DNA from: an uncultured phage cr127_1
Strand: one strand, 5' to 3'
DNA: 40,000 nucleotides
Sequence record: MT774393.1
Part shown: positions 18,721 to 28,863 of the stretch, one piece after another
Layout: every line of letters begins with the position of its first letter
Position numbering within the stretch: the first letter of the stretch is position 1
Position numbers and translations under genes: made by a program
Notes under the pieces: model-generated
Told to the model about the DNA's origin: nothing
Databases searched by the model: none
What the model saw: only the letters and a program-made list of their open reading frames with translations

Positions 18721-18757
18721 AAAGAGTAGTAATTCTAATTAAATTACTACTCTTTTT
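18721..18757 (+). terminator. Rho-independent-like terminator
   Basis: AAAGAGTAGTAATT / AATTACTACTCTTT followed by TTT. Confidence 0.9.
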
Positions 18758-18784
18758 CGTCATTTATAATAAGATATATAAACA

Positions 18785-19609
18785 ATGGCCACTAATGTAA
18801 ATTCTAATTCAAAAATGGAGAATCAAGTTTCAAGTTCGATGATTACATTTGAAGATAAAAAGGTAGAACGTCGTCTTACTATGAAACCGGAACCGGCAAT
18901 AGGAAATCTTTGTCGTGTTACTATAGATGATGTACGAATAGAAGAACATGAAACTCCTAAAATTAATCCTGAAACTCAGCAGGAATCTACTTTTGAATAT
19001 GCTGGTTATTCTATTCCTACATTGGTTATTACTTTTAAGCAAATTCCTACTAATGAAGACCCGAAACCTCGTTATTACGAACATAGATTTAAAGTTGTTC
19101 CTGTAATTAATAATAATGGTGCACCTATAGAACGTAAGTCTATAATTGGACTTATTAAGATGCAATTTGACCAACTTCAACATATCGTAAACAGTATGGT
19201 AGGAATACCCGGATTTACGGATGATGAAGCTGTTCCGGGAATTGATATAGAAGCTAATGTAGAAGTTAGAATTAAACAGTTCCGAGCTTTCTATACACAT
19301 TTCCTTAATACTATTAAAGGTAATGATGAAAAACCTTATTATAAAGGTGTAGGATTTTATCTTAAACTTGTAGCTAATTATGGAACAAGAAAATATCTTA
19401 CTATTCCTAATTTCGTAGGTCGTGGATTTATTGAAAGAATACTTCCTAAAGTAAATCCTTCTATAGCTCTCGAACCTAATGAAACTGTAGTTTTAGCTAA
19501 AGATGTTTCTGCAAGTAAAACAGAAAAGGCTATAGCAAATGGTAGCGTTCCTATTGATAATGGTGGTATAGACCCCGAAGTTCAAAAGATTATAGATGGT
19601 TATAATTAA
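18785..19609 (+). CDS. Hypothetical protein, probably well expressed
   Basis: 274 aa ORF between terminators. Confidence 0.85.
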   Translation: MATNVNSNSKMENQVSSSMITFEDKKVERRLTMKPEPAIGNLCRVTIDDVRIEEHETPKINPETQQESTFEYAGYSIPTLVITFKQIPTNEDPKPRYYEHRFKVVPVINNNGAPIERKSIIGLIKMQFDQLQHIVNSMVGIPGFTDDEAVPGIDIEANVEVRIKQFRAFYTHFLNTIKGNDEKPYYKGVGFYLKLVANYGTRKYLTIPNFVGRGFIERILPKVNPSIALEPNETVVLAKDVSASKTEKAIANGSVPIDNGGIDPEVQKIIDGYN

Positions 19610-19634
19610 TCTATAAAAATCATTATTAGTGGAG

Positions 19635-19670
19635 ATAGTGGCGGTAGTAGAAATATTATCGCCACTATTC
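19635..19670 (+). terminator. Hairpin, likely terminator
   Basis: ATAGTGGCG ... CGCCACTAT. Confidence 0.7.
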
Positions 19671-19677
19671 ATATATA

Positions 19678-19713
19678 CGAATTTCGGAACACCTCTCGCC
19701 CTTGTGGCCATTA
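19678..19713 (-). repeat. Dispersed GC-rich element copy D
   Basis: cgaatttcggaacacctctcgcccttgtggccatta. Confidence 0.95.
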
Positions 19714-19744
19714 AACTGTGCATCTAAAAATATTTCAAGATATT

Positions 19745-20764
19745 ATGGATTTAAAACAATATATTATCGAGAATATTAATCAAGAACTTGTATTTAGTAA
19801 ATATCTTGGAATTAGTATTGAAGATATAAGAATTAGTATTATAGATAATTGTAAAATACTTAATTCTTATAGATATGAAAAAAGTCCTTCACTAAAATTT
19901 AAATATTATAACGATAAACTTATTGCAAGAGATTTTGGAGATAATAGATATAGTGGAGATATATTTGAAGTTGTAGGAAATATTATAAATAAAGATTGTA
20001 GAAGCAGACAAGGATTTATAGATATATGTAGTGACATAATTGTTACATGTACTAAAGATAATGCAGATATTATAATAGCTAAAGAAAGAGAAGAAAAAGA
20101 ATTATCTAAAAATAATACTATAATTGAATATAATTCTCGTAAACCAAATCGTCTAAATTATATATTTTATGAACAGTTTGGAATTAATGAAGAATATTTT
20201 AATAAAAATGTAGAAGTTGTAGATAGTTATTATATTAATGGTCGTATGTCTCCATATAGATATACAGGTTGTGACCCTTGTTATGCTTATAGGGTTAATC
20301 CAAATAAGGTAAAATTATATTTTCCTTTTAGGACTAAAAAAGATGTAAGATTTATTACAAATAATCGAGTTCCTATAGAGAATATAGATAATATAAGAAA
20401 AACAGATTATACTATTATAATAAAATCTATAAAAGATAAGATTTTATTTGATAGAATTATTACTGAAAAAAATATTAAAAATATACAGATATTATCTGCT
20501 GCATCAGAAACAGTAAATATACCTAATGATATACATACAGTAATAAGTAAATATACTAATAAAGACAATATATATAGTTTATTCGATAATGATAGTGCTG
20601 GAATAAAAGGTATGATTCATTTAGAAGAAACTCTCGGAATACATCCTATATATTTTACATTAGGATATGATTCTAAAGACCCAACCGATATGGTTAAAAG
20701 ATATGGATATAATAAAGTATACGAACAATTCGATTTAATAATTAAAAAGATATTAGAAGTATGA
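19745..20764 (+). CDS. DnaG-type primase (toprim)
   Basis: YEKSPSLKFKYYNDKLIARDFGDNRYSGDIFEVV; toprim-like SLFDNDSAGIKG; track ORF begins at 19718. Confidence 0.7.
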   Translation: MDLKQYIIENINQELVFSKYLGISIEDIRISIIDNCKILNSYRYEKSPSLKFKYYNDKLIARDFGDNRYSGDIFEVVGNIINKDCRSRQGFIDICSDIIVTCTKDNADIIIAKEREEKELSKNNTIIEYNSRKPNRLNYIFYEQFGINEEYFNKNVEVVDSYYINGRMSPYRYTGCDPCYAYRVNPNKVKLYFPFRTKKDVRFITNNRVPIENIDNIRKTDYTIIIKSIKDKILFDRIITEKNIKNIQILSAASETVNIPNDIHTVISKYTNKDNIYSLFDNDSAGIKGMIHLEETLGIHPIYFTLGYDSKDPTDMVKRYGYNKVYEQFDLIIKKILEV

Positions 20765-21246
20765 ATAAAGAAACGAAAGGTGTACTTGGTGTATATCTTA
20801 TAAATATTGATTCTAAAGGTAATGAATATAATCTTTATTCTGTAGATGAAAATTTATATAAATCTATAATAAAAGAAGCTGAAAGATGTTCTAATTCTTT
20901 TCATGTTGCTGCTTTTGTAGATAAATATAATATACGTCCACAGGATATAATTGTTCATGGAGAATCCGAAGTTTGGAATGCTCCAGATAAAATGAAAAGA
21001 GAATATAGAGAACAAACAGAAGCTCTTCTAAAAAGTATACTTCCTCGTCCAAAAAGTGTCAAAGATGAAATTAGAAATGTAGTTAGAAATAGTTATAAAT
21101 GTTGGTGTGCAAAAGAACTTGGATTAGAAGACGTATGTGACCATAGAACAGCTTGGGAGAGTTGGCATTGTTTAATGAATAGGATTAATATGCCAAAATA
21201 TTGTATAGTGGTTAAACAACCTGCCAATAAGAAAGAATCTAAATAA
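20761..21246 (+). CDS. Hypothetical protein
   Basis: 161 aa ORF overlapping the previous stop. Confidence 0.75.
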   Translation: MNKETKGVLGVYLINIDSKGNEYNLYSVDENLYKSIIKEAERCSNSFHVAAFVDKYNIRPQDIIVHGESEVWNAPDKMKREYREQTEALLKSILPRPKSVKDEIRNVVRNSYKCWCAKELGLEDVCDHRTAWESWHCLMNRINMPKYCIVVKQPANKKESK

Positions 21247-21252
21247 AATATT

Positions 21253-22602
21253 ATGGAAACTACTGTTCTTTTTAAGAGAAATATTAATGGCAAAGTAATG
21301 TATTGGAAAGGCAGTGTAATATCTGCTGAAGGAAATGTTGAAAATTGTAGATTAAAATATACATACGGAGAATTAAATACAGATAATCCTATTGTTACTT
21401 ATAGTGATAAAATTAAAGGTAAAAATATAGGTAAAAAGAATGAGACAACTCCTTATCAACAAGCTGCCAATGAACTTAAAAGTGTATATAATCGTCAAAT
21501 TAAAAAAGGATATAAATCATTAGATACTATAATAAAAGAACAAAATATAGATGTTAAAAATATTAATGATTTAAATTATCTTATAGGTCATTTAGAATCT
21601 ATTCTTCCTAAATATAATACAGATGCTAATAATTGTGTAAAACCTATGAAGTGTCAAACTTTTAAAATTGACACATTTAATTATCCATGTATTATACAAC
21701 CTAAAATTAATGGAGTTAGGGCTGTAATAATGTTAGAAGAATATACACCACAAGATTTATTTAGTTGTAAAGGTGTTTATATAAATGATAAGAGATATAC
21801 TTCTGTAATTAAAACCAAAGAAGGTCTTGTTTATAATGTTCCACATATAGAACAATTATTTAATCATCTATATAGTCAATTTCCACAATATAAAGATATA
21901 GTATTTGATGGTGAATTGTATATTAAAGATGAAAAAGTTACAACTATTGGTGGTGCTGCTCGTAATACAAATAATCCTCTTAATGAACAACTTCTTTATG
22001 TAAATTTCGATTTAAGTGTAGAAGATGTTAATAATGAAGATAGAGATAAACTAAGATTTAAAATTTGGGAAGATTATATTAATAAAAATACTTCAGCTTC
22101 TTATAATATTCAAGCTGGAAGAATACTTATAAATGAAGTATTAAATCAACATTATCTTTGGCATCGTTATAATGTTATTGTACTTAATAGTGATATAGCT
22201 AATAATGATATGGAATCTATAACTTATATGGAATGTGCTATATCAAATGGTTTTGAAGGTGCAGTAATACGAGATAAAAAAGCTGATTATTGTTTTGGAC
22301 AAAGACCTAAAACAATGATGAAACTTAAAAAGTTTAAAGATTCTGAATTTGAAATTGTAGATATAGAATCAAAAGGAAATCCAAATGATAAAGTTGGATT
22401 TACTATAGTTTATACTTTATTGAATGATATAAATGATTTAATGTTTGAATGTAATGGAACTGGTACAGTAGAAGATAAACTTAATATTTTAAATAATAAA
22501 GATTATTATAAAGGTAAATTTGCTACTGTAAAGTTTTATGAACGTACTAAAAACGGAATACCTTTTCATGCTAATGTAATTGGTATAAGAGATTACGAAT
22601 AA
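21253..22602 (+). CDS. ATP-dependent DNA ligase
   Basis: QPKINGVRAV (KxxGxR-type), FDGELYI, GFEGAVIRDKKADY, MMKLKKFKDSEFEIVDI. Confidence 0.85.
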   Translation: METTVLFKRNINGKVMYWKGSVISAEGNVENCRLKYTYGELNTDNPIVTYSDKIKGKNIGKKNETTPYQQAANELKSVYNRQIKKGYKSLDTIIKEQNIDVKNINDLNYLIGHLESILPKYNTDANNCVKPMKCQTFKIDTFNYPCIIQPKINGVRAVIMLEEYTPQDLFSCKGVYINDKRYTSVIKTKEGLVYNVPHIEQLFNHLYSQFPQYKDIVFDGELYIKDEKVTTIGGAARNTNNPLNEQLLYVNFDLSVEDVNNEDRDKLRFKIWEDYINKNTSASYNIQAGRILINEVLNQHYLWHRYNVIVLNSDIANNDMESITYMECAISNGFEGAVIRDKKADYCFGQRPKTMMKLKKFKDSEFEIVDIESKGNPNDKVGFTIVYTLLNDINDLMFECNGTGTVEDKLNILNNKDYYKGKFATVKFYERTKNGIPFHANVIGIRDYE

Positions 22603-22623
22603 TTTAATAAAAATGAAACTAAT

Positions 22624-23016
22624 ATGGCAGATATAAAATTAAAGAGTGTAGATAAGAATAAAATTGGTGAGTATATAGGTGAATGCCGTAGTGTAATGGG
22701 AGGTGCAAAGTTATATCATTGGGATGTTACAGGCACAGCTTCTTATGCTCAACATATAGCTCTTGACCAATTTATAGAACAAATGAATGCTCCAGTTGAT
22801 TCTTTAGCTGAGACTTCGATTGCTTTATATGGAGATATAAATATTACTATTCCTAAAACAGATAAACCTACCAATATAGTAGACTATATTAATAAATTTA
22901 GAATTTCAACTAAAAATATAAGAAATATCTTAATAGAAAATGTTCAAATTGCTATTGTAGATACTATAGATGAAGCTGCATTACAAGTCTTATATCGACT
23001 TAAACGACTTAAATAA
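22624..23016 (+). CDS. Hypothetical protein
   Basis: 130 aa ORF. Confidence 0.75.
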   Translation: MADIKLKSVDKNKIGEYIGECRSVMGGAKLYHWDVTGTASYAQHIALDQFIEQMNAPVDSLAETSIALYGDINITIPKTDKPTNIVDYINKFRISTKNIRNILIENVQIAIVDTIDEAALQVLYRLKRLK

Positions 23017-23040
23017 GTCCTATAATTAATATTAATTTTA

Positions 23041-23114
23041 AAGCCCTACAATCAATTATTTTTGTCCGGATGAACATTTGTTCGTCTTAAAAATTATATT
23101 CGATTATAGGGCTT
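23041..23114 (+). promoter_or_regulatory. Two-tier RNA structure between the 22624 gene and thyX
   Basis: AAGCCCTACAATC / GATTATAGGGCTT (one mismatch) enclosing GATGAAC-ATTT-GTTCGTC. Confidence 0.65.
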
Positions 23115-23211
23115 ATTTATGGCCTTTATGGGCATTTTACGAGGTATTATTGTATATAGGTCGAAATACTCGATATTTTAAATTATTAATAAAATTACTA
23201 ATACAGTAGAT

Positions 23212-24216
23212 ATGAAATATGTAAGTCCTAATGTTGAGCTTTGTACCGAAACAGGTCTTAAGAAAATAGAGCTTATAGGTAAAGTATGTACTAAGAAAGA
23301 ACATAATATTACAGAAAATAGTTATATTAATTTTATAAGAAGTAGAATAAAAGAAGGTCATACTTCTATATTTGCTCATGAATTTGTTTATTTTGATGTA
23401 TCTGTAGTAAATCGTGATTTTATAAATTCGATTATTAAATCTAATAGATATATAAGAATTTCCGATGATAATTATTATATAGCTGTGTCATATCGTTCTT
23501 TGATAGATATGATGTTTTATGATTATAGTGATACATTATTAAAAGATATAGTAATTAGATTTTGGGAACTTACTCCTGAATTATGTTATATATTTAATTT
23601 AACTCCGAGATATGGGGATGGAACTACAAATAGGTATCTTCATATAAACAGAGTAGATTCTGATTATATATTAAAACGTTGTCCAGAAATTTATGCTGTT
23701 ACTTTTAAATTTACTACTAATAGAGCTATAGCTAATGAAATAATAAGACATAGTGAAATAGCTCCTATGCAAGAATCTACAAGATGGATAAATTATAATA
23801 AATCAAATTGCGGAAATATAGAATTTATAAATCCTTTTGATTGTATTGATATATGTGATTCTATAGATATTGAAGAGATTATAGAATTTGGTGAAGAAAC
23901 ATTTGCTGATAATAATATTTTATCAGAACAAACATATAAAGATTTAATAAAAGGTGGTATAAGTCATCAAGTAGCAAGAGATATACTTCCTTTAAATTTA
24001 AAGACTGAACTTTATATGACAGGTACTATTAGAATGTGGTTAGGAAGTGATAATACATATACGATTGGAGATTTAACTTTTAGAATTTTAAAAGGTTTTA
24101 TTCCTCAACGTACAGCAAAAAGTGCTCATCCACAAATTAGAGAATTGGCTAATAAAGTAAATAAATTATTAAAAGTAAATTATTCTAAATATTATGATTT
24201 CAAAAGCGGAATTTAA
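23212..24216 (+). CDS. thyX: FAD-dependent thymidylate synthase ThyX
   Basis: SRIKEGHTSIFAHEFVYFDV; RAIANEIIRHSEIAPMQESTRWINY matches the ThyX signature region. Confidence 0.88.
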   Translation: MKYVSPNVELCTETGLKKIELIGKVCTKKEHNITENSYINFIRSRIKEGHTSIFAHEFVYFDVSVVNRDFINSIIKSNRYIRISDDNYYIAVSYRSLIDMMFYDYSDTLLKDIVIRFWELTPELCYIFNLTPRYGDGTTNRYLHINRVDSDYILKRCPEIYAVTFKFTTNRAIANEIIRHSEIAPMQESTRWINYNKSNCGNIEFINPFDCIDICDSIDIEEIIEFGEETFADNNILSEQTYKDLIKGGISHQVARDILPLNLKTELYMTGTIRMWLGSDNTYTIGDLTFRILKGFIPQRTAKSAHPQIRELANKVNKLLKVNYSKYYDFKSGI

Positions 24217-24451
24217 AGAGATTGTTCGACAGGCTTTAAAAGATATTAAAGTTAGTGACAAAAATATAGAATTGTTCCTTAAAGATAATTCTAAAGTAAC
24301 TTTGGAAGAAATTAAAGTTTGTAGTTCTATAACAGATATATTAGATAAACATATAAAAGTTTTATATAAAGATTTTGATGCAAGTCTATATAATGATACA
24401 TTTGAAACTTTATATAATTATCATAAACATTTAGATGAAAATAAGAATTAA
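24194..24451 (+). CDS. Hypothetical protein
   Basis: 85 aa ORF. Confidence 0.65.
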   Translation: MISKAEFKEIVRQALKDIKVSDKNIELFLKDNSKVTLEEIKVCSSITDILDKHIKVLYKDFDASLYNDTFETLYNYHKHLDENKN

Positions 24452-24457
24452 ATTAAT

Positions 24458-24691
24458 ATGACAAGAGATGAAATAGAAAATAAAAGTCTTAATGAATTAC
24501 TTGATATAATAAATAATAAATATGGTAAGACACGAGGAAATGATTTAGTAGCAAGAGAAGCATTTAGAATATGTTCTAAAAATATTAATTCCAATACTTC
24601 AAAAGCTATTAAATTAGAAGCTGCAAAACGTGTTTTATCTGGACAATTTGAAAGACAAGAAATAAATATAGAAAATGATAATATTCATTAA
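24458..24691 (+). CDS. Hypothetical protein
   Basis: 77 aa ORF. Confidence 0.65.
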   Translation: MTRDEIENKSLNELLDIINNKYGKTRGNDLVAREAFRICSKNINSNTSKAIKLEAAKRVLSGQFERQEINIENDNIH

Positions 24692-25370
24692 TGGTAAAGC
24701 TGGTAGTGGAAAAGATACATTTGGTATCATGTTAGGACATGTATTACATTATATCACAAATCCTAATAAAGCTAATTATCATCCGAATATCAATAATTTT
24801 ATGAATATTGTTGAAAGAATTGATAACGGAGATGATGTAAAATCTATATTTAATAGTATATATTTTACTGCTTTAGCAGAACCATTAAAAGATTCTGTAG
24901 CAGGTTTAATAGGTATTGATTCTAAATATTTAAATATAGATTTATTTAAACGTTCAAAAAGTTGTTATAAAATTAATGGTAAAAATCTTACAATAAGAGA
25001 ACTTCTTATTTATTTTGGGGATATTGTAAGAAAAGATAATCCTTATTTCTTTATAGATTCTTTATTAGGTAGGGTAGGAGTATATAAAGATATATTTAAT
25101 AAAAATATTGCTATAGTTACAGATTTAAGACTTAAAGATGAATATAATAGAGTTAAAAATAGAAAAGATGTTATATTTATTAGAATTAATAGAAATATAA
25201 AAGATAATAATGAATCATTTAGAAAACATTGTACTGAAACAGATTTAGATGATTGTGTAGAATGGAATTATGTTATTGAAAATAATAGTACTTTTCAAAA
25301 CTTATATGAATATGCTACAGAAGTAGCATATAATATTGTTGATTATATAAATAATAATTATGAAAGATAA
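24675..25370 (+). CDS. Deoxynucleoside monophosphate kinase-like protein
   Basis: IIFINGKAGSGKDTFGIMLG P-loop; VTDLRLKDEYNRVK; IFIRINRN. Confidence 0.7.
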   Translation: MIIFINGKAGSGKDTFGIMLGHVLHYITNPNKANYHPNINNFMNIVERIDNGDDVKSIFNSIYFTALAEPLKDSVAGLIGIDSKYLNIDLFKRSKSCYKINGKNLTIRELLIYFGDIVRKDNPYFFIDSLLGRVGVYKDIFNKNIAIVTDLRLKDEYNRVKNRKDVIFIRINRNIKDNNESFRKHCTETDLDDCVEWNYVIENNSTFQNLYEYATEVAYNIVDYINNNYER

Positions 25371-25677
25371 TGAATTAAAAATAGTTGAAACTTATATTTC
25401 ATTTAAAGATTATATTGAATTAGAAGATGATATTAAAAAAGATATTGTACTACATGGTATAGATAATAAATCTCAATTATATCAATATATTGAGACTTTA
25501 GATAGTAAATATATTGTTGTAAAAGAGATTCCAACTTATTCATCAAATGAAGTTGCATATCTTATAAAAACTATTGATGAATTATGTATAAGATGTCGTA
25601 TTACTTCTTATAATGAAGTTAAACGAAAATGTAAATTTATGGAACAAACAACTATTAAATTTAATAATAAAGATTAA
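25360..25677 (+). CDS. Hypothetical protein
   Basis: 105 aa ORF. Confidence 0.65.
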   Translation: MKDNELKIVETYISFKDYIELEDDIKKDIVLHGIDNKSQLYQYIETLDSKYIVVKEIPTYSSNEVAYLIKTIDELCIRCRITSYNEVKRKCKFMEQTTIKFNNKD

Positions 25678-25680
25678 AAC

Positions 25681-26409
25681 ATGGGTAAAAATATATTTGA
25701 TATAGCAAAAGAATACGAAGATATTCTTTCTATTATTGAAGATAATGAAGGTGAAATAACTCCCGAAATTGCAGAAAAATTATCTATTAATGAAAGTGAA
25801 CTTGAAGATAAACTTCGAAATTATAAACATATTATAGATAGATATAAATATGAAAAAGAATATGTAAAAGATGAACAAGAACGATTAAGAAATAAAATAG
25901 CAAGTAGAGAAAATACTATACGATTTCTTAAAAATAATATAGTAGAAACTCTTAAAATTTATGGTATAAAATCTAATACAAATTATAAACTTAAATATCC
26001 CGACTTTACAGTTTATACAAGAGATAGCAAAAGTATAGATTATGATGATAACAAATTAGAATTTGTTATTGATAAATTAGAAAATGAAGATTATAGTTAT
26101 AATCAAACTGATATAATTAATAATCTAATTAATGTAGAATTTACTGTAAAAGTTCCAATTGTAGATTATAAATATTTTATTAATAAATGTAATGATAATA
26201 AATACGAAGTTAAAGATATTAAAAGGTCTTTAAATAAAACTTATGCAAAAGAACTTATAAAAAGTAGAGAAGAATGTGAAGATATAATTATCAATAAACG
26301 AGAAGAAGATGATGTAGAAGCTGTTTATGAAAATCTTTCTGAATATGAAGAAGTTATAGCTGATTTAAATATTACTGAAAATACATCAACAACTGCTATA
26401 TTTAAATAA
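25681..26409 (+). CDS. Siphovirus Gp157-like protein
   Basis: Coiled-coil N-terminus then NTIRFLKNNIVETLKIYGIKSNTNYKLKYPDFTVYTRDSKS, a Gp157-like layout. Confidence 0.6.
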   Translation: MGKNIFDIAKEYEDILSIIEDNEGEITPEIAEKLSINESELEDKLRNYKHIIDRYKYEKEYVKDEQERLRNKIASRENTIRFLKNNIVETLKIYGIKSNTNYKLKYPDFTVYTRDSKSIDYDDNKLEFVIDKLENEDYSYNQTDIINNLINVEFTVKVPIVDYKYFINKCNDNKYEVKDIKRSLNKTYAKELIKSREECEDIIINKREEDDVEAVYENLSEYEEVIADLNITENTSTTAIFK

Positions 26410-26418
26410 ATTACAATT

Positions 26419-27543
26419 ATGGATAATATTAATTATAATGAACAAAAAGGAACTTATAGCTTCTATAGTTTAAAAGAACTTCCTTGGCATGGTTTAGGAA
26501 CTATTGTAGAAGAAGCTAAAACTCCTTCTGAAATATTAGAAATAGCTAATATGGATTATAGAGTTGAATTAGCTCCTTTATACGCAAGTTTTATTCCTAA
26601 TGAAGCTGTTACTTGTGAAAAAGATTTAATAACTGGTGAATATAAAGGTTATTATAGAAGTGGAAACGAAACGATTCCTTATAGTATAAAGAAAAAGGGA
26701 GAACTTATTAAAACAAATTATGCTACATATCGTACAGATACTCTCGATGTATTAGGTGTAGTAGGTAATAGATATGAACCTGTTCAAAATTATGTAGCTA
26801 TAGATTTTATATTTAATGTTTTAAGTAATCAAGATATTATTCATCCTAAAGATATAATTATAGAAACAGCTGGAGTTTTAGGAAAAGGTGAAAGAATATT
26901 TGTAACAGCTAAACTTCCGGATTTTATTATAGCTAAAGATTTAATAAATAATTATATTCTATTTACAACAACCCATGATGGAAGCGGAAGTATAACGGCT
27001 TGTTTTACTGATATACGTGTTGTATGTAATAATACATTAAATATGGCATTAAGTGGTTGTACAAATAAGATGACATTTAAACATACAAGAAATGTAAATA
27101 AACGTTTAAATGAAGGTTCAAATCTTATGAGAAATGCTATTATATATAAAAACACACTTGTAGAAACATTAGAACCTCTTTCTAAAATAGAAGTAAAAGA
27201 GAGAGATGCTATTGAATTTATACAAGATTTATTTCTTAATGAAGAACAGGCAAATTATGTTAAATCAAAAGGTTCGTTCTTTAATATAAATAATGGTGAT
27301 GAAATGATAGCTACAAAAACTTTAAATAAAATGAAAGATGCTATCACTTATATTGAAAGAGGAGCTGGTCAAGATTATAATTATGGGACAGCTCTTTGGT
27401 TATATAACGGAATTACTTCATACATAAACAATGGAATTAATTATAAATCTAATGAAGATAAATTTAATTCTATTATGGATGGTGTAGGAGCTAAACTAAA
27501 TCAAAAATCTTATAATTTAATAATCGGAAAATATGCTGCATAA
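26419..27543 (+). CDS. DUF932 / phage-plasmid-like protein
   Basis: LPWHGLGTIVEEAKTPSEILEIANMDYRVELAPLY ... LGVVGNRYEPVQN. Confidence 0.8.
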   Translation: MDNINYNEQKGTYSFYSLKELPWHGLGTIVEEAKTPSEILEIANMDYRVELAPLYASFIPNEAVTCEKDLITGEYKGYYRSGNETIPYSIKKKGELIKTNYATYRTDTLDVLGVVGNRYEPVQNYVAIDFIFNVLSNQDIIHPKDIIIETAGVLGKGERIFVTAKLPDFIIAKDLINNYILFTTTHDGSGSITACFTDIRVVCNNTLNMALSGCTNKMTFKHTRNVNKRLNEGSNLMRNAIIYKNTLVETLEPLSKIEVKERDAIEFIQDLFLNEEQANYVKSKGSFFNINNGDEMIATKTLNKMKDAITYIERGAGQDYNYGTALWLYNGITSYINNGINYKSNEDKFNSIMDGVGAKLNQKSYNLIIGKYAA

Positions 27544-27546
27544 AGT

Positions 27547-27846
27547 ATGATAAATAGAGTTAATATATGTAGTGACGGATATATTGATTGTTATGATTTG
27601 GATAATTGTAAAGTTAGAGAATTGAGTGGAGATATTACACTTATTCATCAAATACTTAAAAATGTAGATACTTGTATTAATTATAGTCCTTCGAGTATTG
27701 AACCTAATCTTAGATTTACAAGGAATCCTAAATTCTATTTTGTAATTTCTAATACAGAAATAAATATAGAAATTCCTTATAAACATGTAATACAATTATC
27801 TGAATTTATAAATAATACAAATGCTATATCAAATAGCGTAGATTAA
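27547..27846 (+). CDS. Hypothetical protein
   Basis: 99 aa ORF. Confidence 0.65.
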   Translation: MINRVNICSDGYIDCYDLDNCKVRELSGDITLIHQILKNVDTCINYSPSSIEPNLRFTRNPKFYFVISNTEINIEIPYKHVIQLSEFINNTNAISNSVD

Positions 27847-27871
27847 AATAACAATTAAAATTTTAAAAACT

Positions 27872-28588
27872 ATGGAAAAACAGATTATAAAAATCTATTC
27901 TGAAACTGGAAAAGTACCCGAATATAAAACTTCGGGTGCTTCCGGTTTTGATTTGTTTTCTACATTTACAAATAATAGTTGTCAAATTCTTACAATTGAT
28001 GACATAGAAGAAATAGACGCTTTTGATGTAACATATAGAAAGGATGCAGCTGAATTTATAACTGAAATTATTCCAAGTTTAGAGGAAAACGCTGCTTTAC
28101 TTATTATGAATCCTCAAAGCTATATAATATCTATCAAATTGGCTATTGTAGATAAGTTGGAAGAAATTAATAAAAATATAGAGAAAAATGGAGGTACAAC
28201 TTATTATGGAGTTCTTTCAGATTATATGTCTGATAATGATATTGAAGCCGTTAATATAATTCTTCCTTTTTCACATAATATAATACCAACCGGTTGTTAT
28301 GTTCAAATTCCAGAGGGATATGAAATTCAAGTTAGACCTCGTAGTGGAATTGGAGCAAAAACTAATATGATAGCTCATTGGGGAACTATAGATAATGATT
28401 ATAGAGGAAATATAGGAATCATTATAAATAATCCATCTCCTAATAGTTATATAATACTTCCAAATGAAAGGTTAGCACAAGGTGTATTTGCTAAAGTAGA
28501 ACAATGTGAATTTAAAAAAGTTAAAAGTATTGAAGAATTAACTAAAACAGATAGAGGTGAAGGTGGATTCGGAAGTACTGGAAAATAA
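27872..28588 (+). CDS. dut: dUTPase with large internal insertion
   Basis: SGASGFDLFS; IPEGYEIQVRPRSGIG; GTIDNDYRGNIGI; ERLAQGVF; RGEGGFGSTG. Confidence 0.9.
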   Translation: MEKQIIKIYSETGKVPEYKTSGASGFDLFSTFTNNSCQILTIDDIEEIDAFDVTYRKDAAEFITEIIPSLEENAALLIMNPQSYIISIKLAIVDKLEEINKNIEKNGGTTYYGVLSDYMSDNDIEAVNIILPFSHNIIPTGCYVQIPEGYEIQVRPRSGIGAKTNMIAHWGTIDNDYRGNIGIIINNPSPNSYIILPNERLAQGVFAKVEQCEFKKVKSIEELTKTDRGEGGFGSTGK

Positions 28589-28600
28589 TATTTAAATAAA

Positions 28601-28636
28601 AATAGGGATAATTATTGTGAAATAGTTATCCCTATT
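28601..28636. terminator. Hairpin after the dUTPase gene
   Basis: AATAGGGATAA / TTATCCCTATT, 11-bp perfect stem. Confidence 0.6.
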
Positions 28637-28676
28637 ATTATAAATAGTAACGAAAGAAAAGATAATAAATTCAATA

Positions 28677-28712
28677 CGAATTTCGGAACACCTCTCGCCC
28701 TTGTGGCCATTA
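28677..28712 (-). repeat. Dispersed GC-rich element copy E (inverted with F)
   Basis: cgaatttcggaacacctctcgcccttgtggccatta. Confidence 0.95.
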
Positions 28713-28756
28713 AACAAATGTCTCTATAGTTAGCACTTAATATAATAAAGTAACAA

Positions 28757-28816
28757 CTGAATTTAATATTGTATTTAATACTGAATTTAATATTGTATTT
28801 AATACTGTATTTAATT
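28757..28816. repeat. 12/24-bp tandem repeat between copies E and F
   Basis: ctgaatttaata ttgtatttaata ctgaatttaata ttgtatttaata ctgtatttaatt. Confidence 0.95.
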
Positions 28817-28863
28817 CGGATGTAACTATTAAACTTATAGTGTTACATAGTATTATACACAGT

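Noticed and set aside
15697-19300. - strand ORFs 15697..15903, 16142..16381, 17575..17931, 17983..18306 and 18830..19300
   Set aside because: All are antisense to well-supported + strand genes and contain no recognisable domains.
19493-19723. - strand ORF beginning MHSLMATRARGVPK
   Set aside because: Created by repeat copy D and antisense to the 18785..19609 gene.
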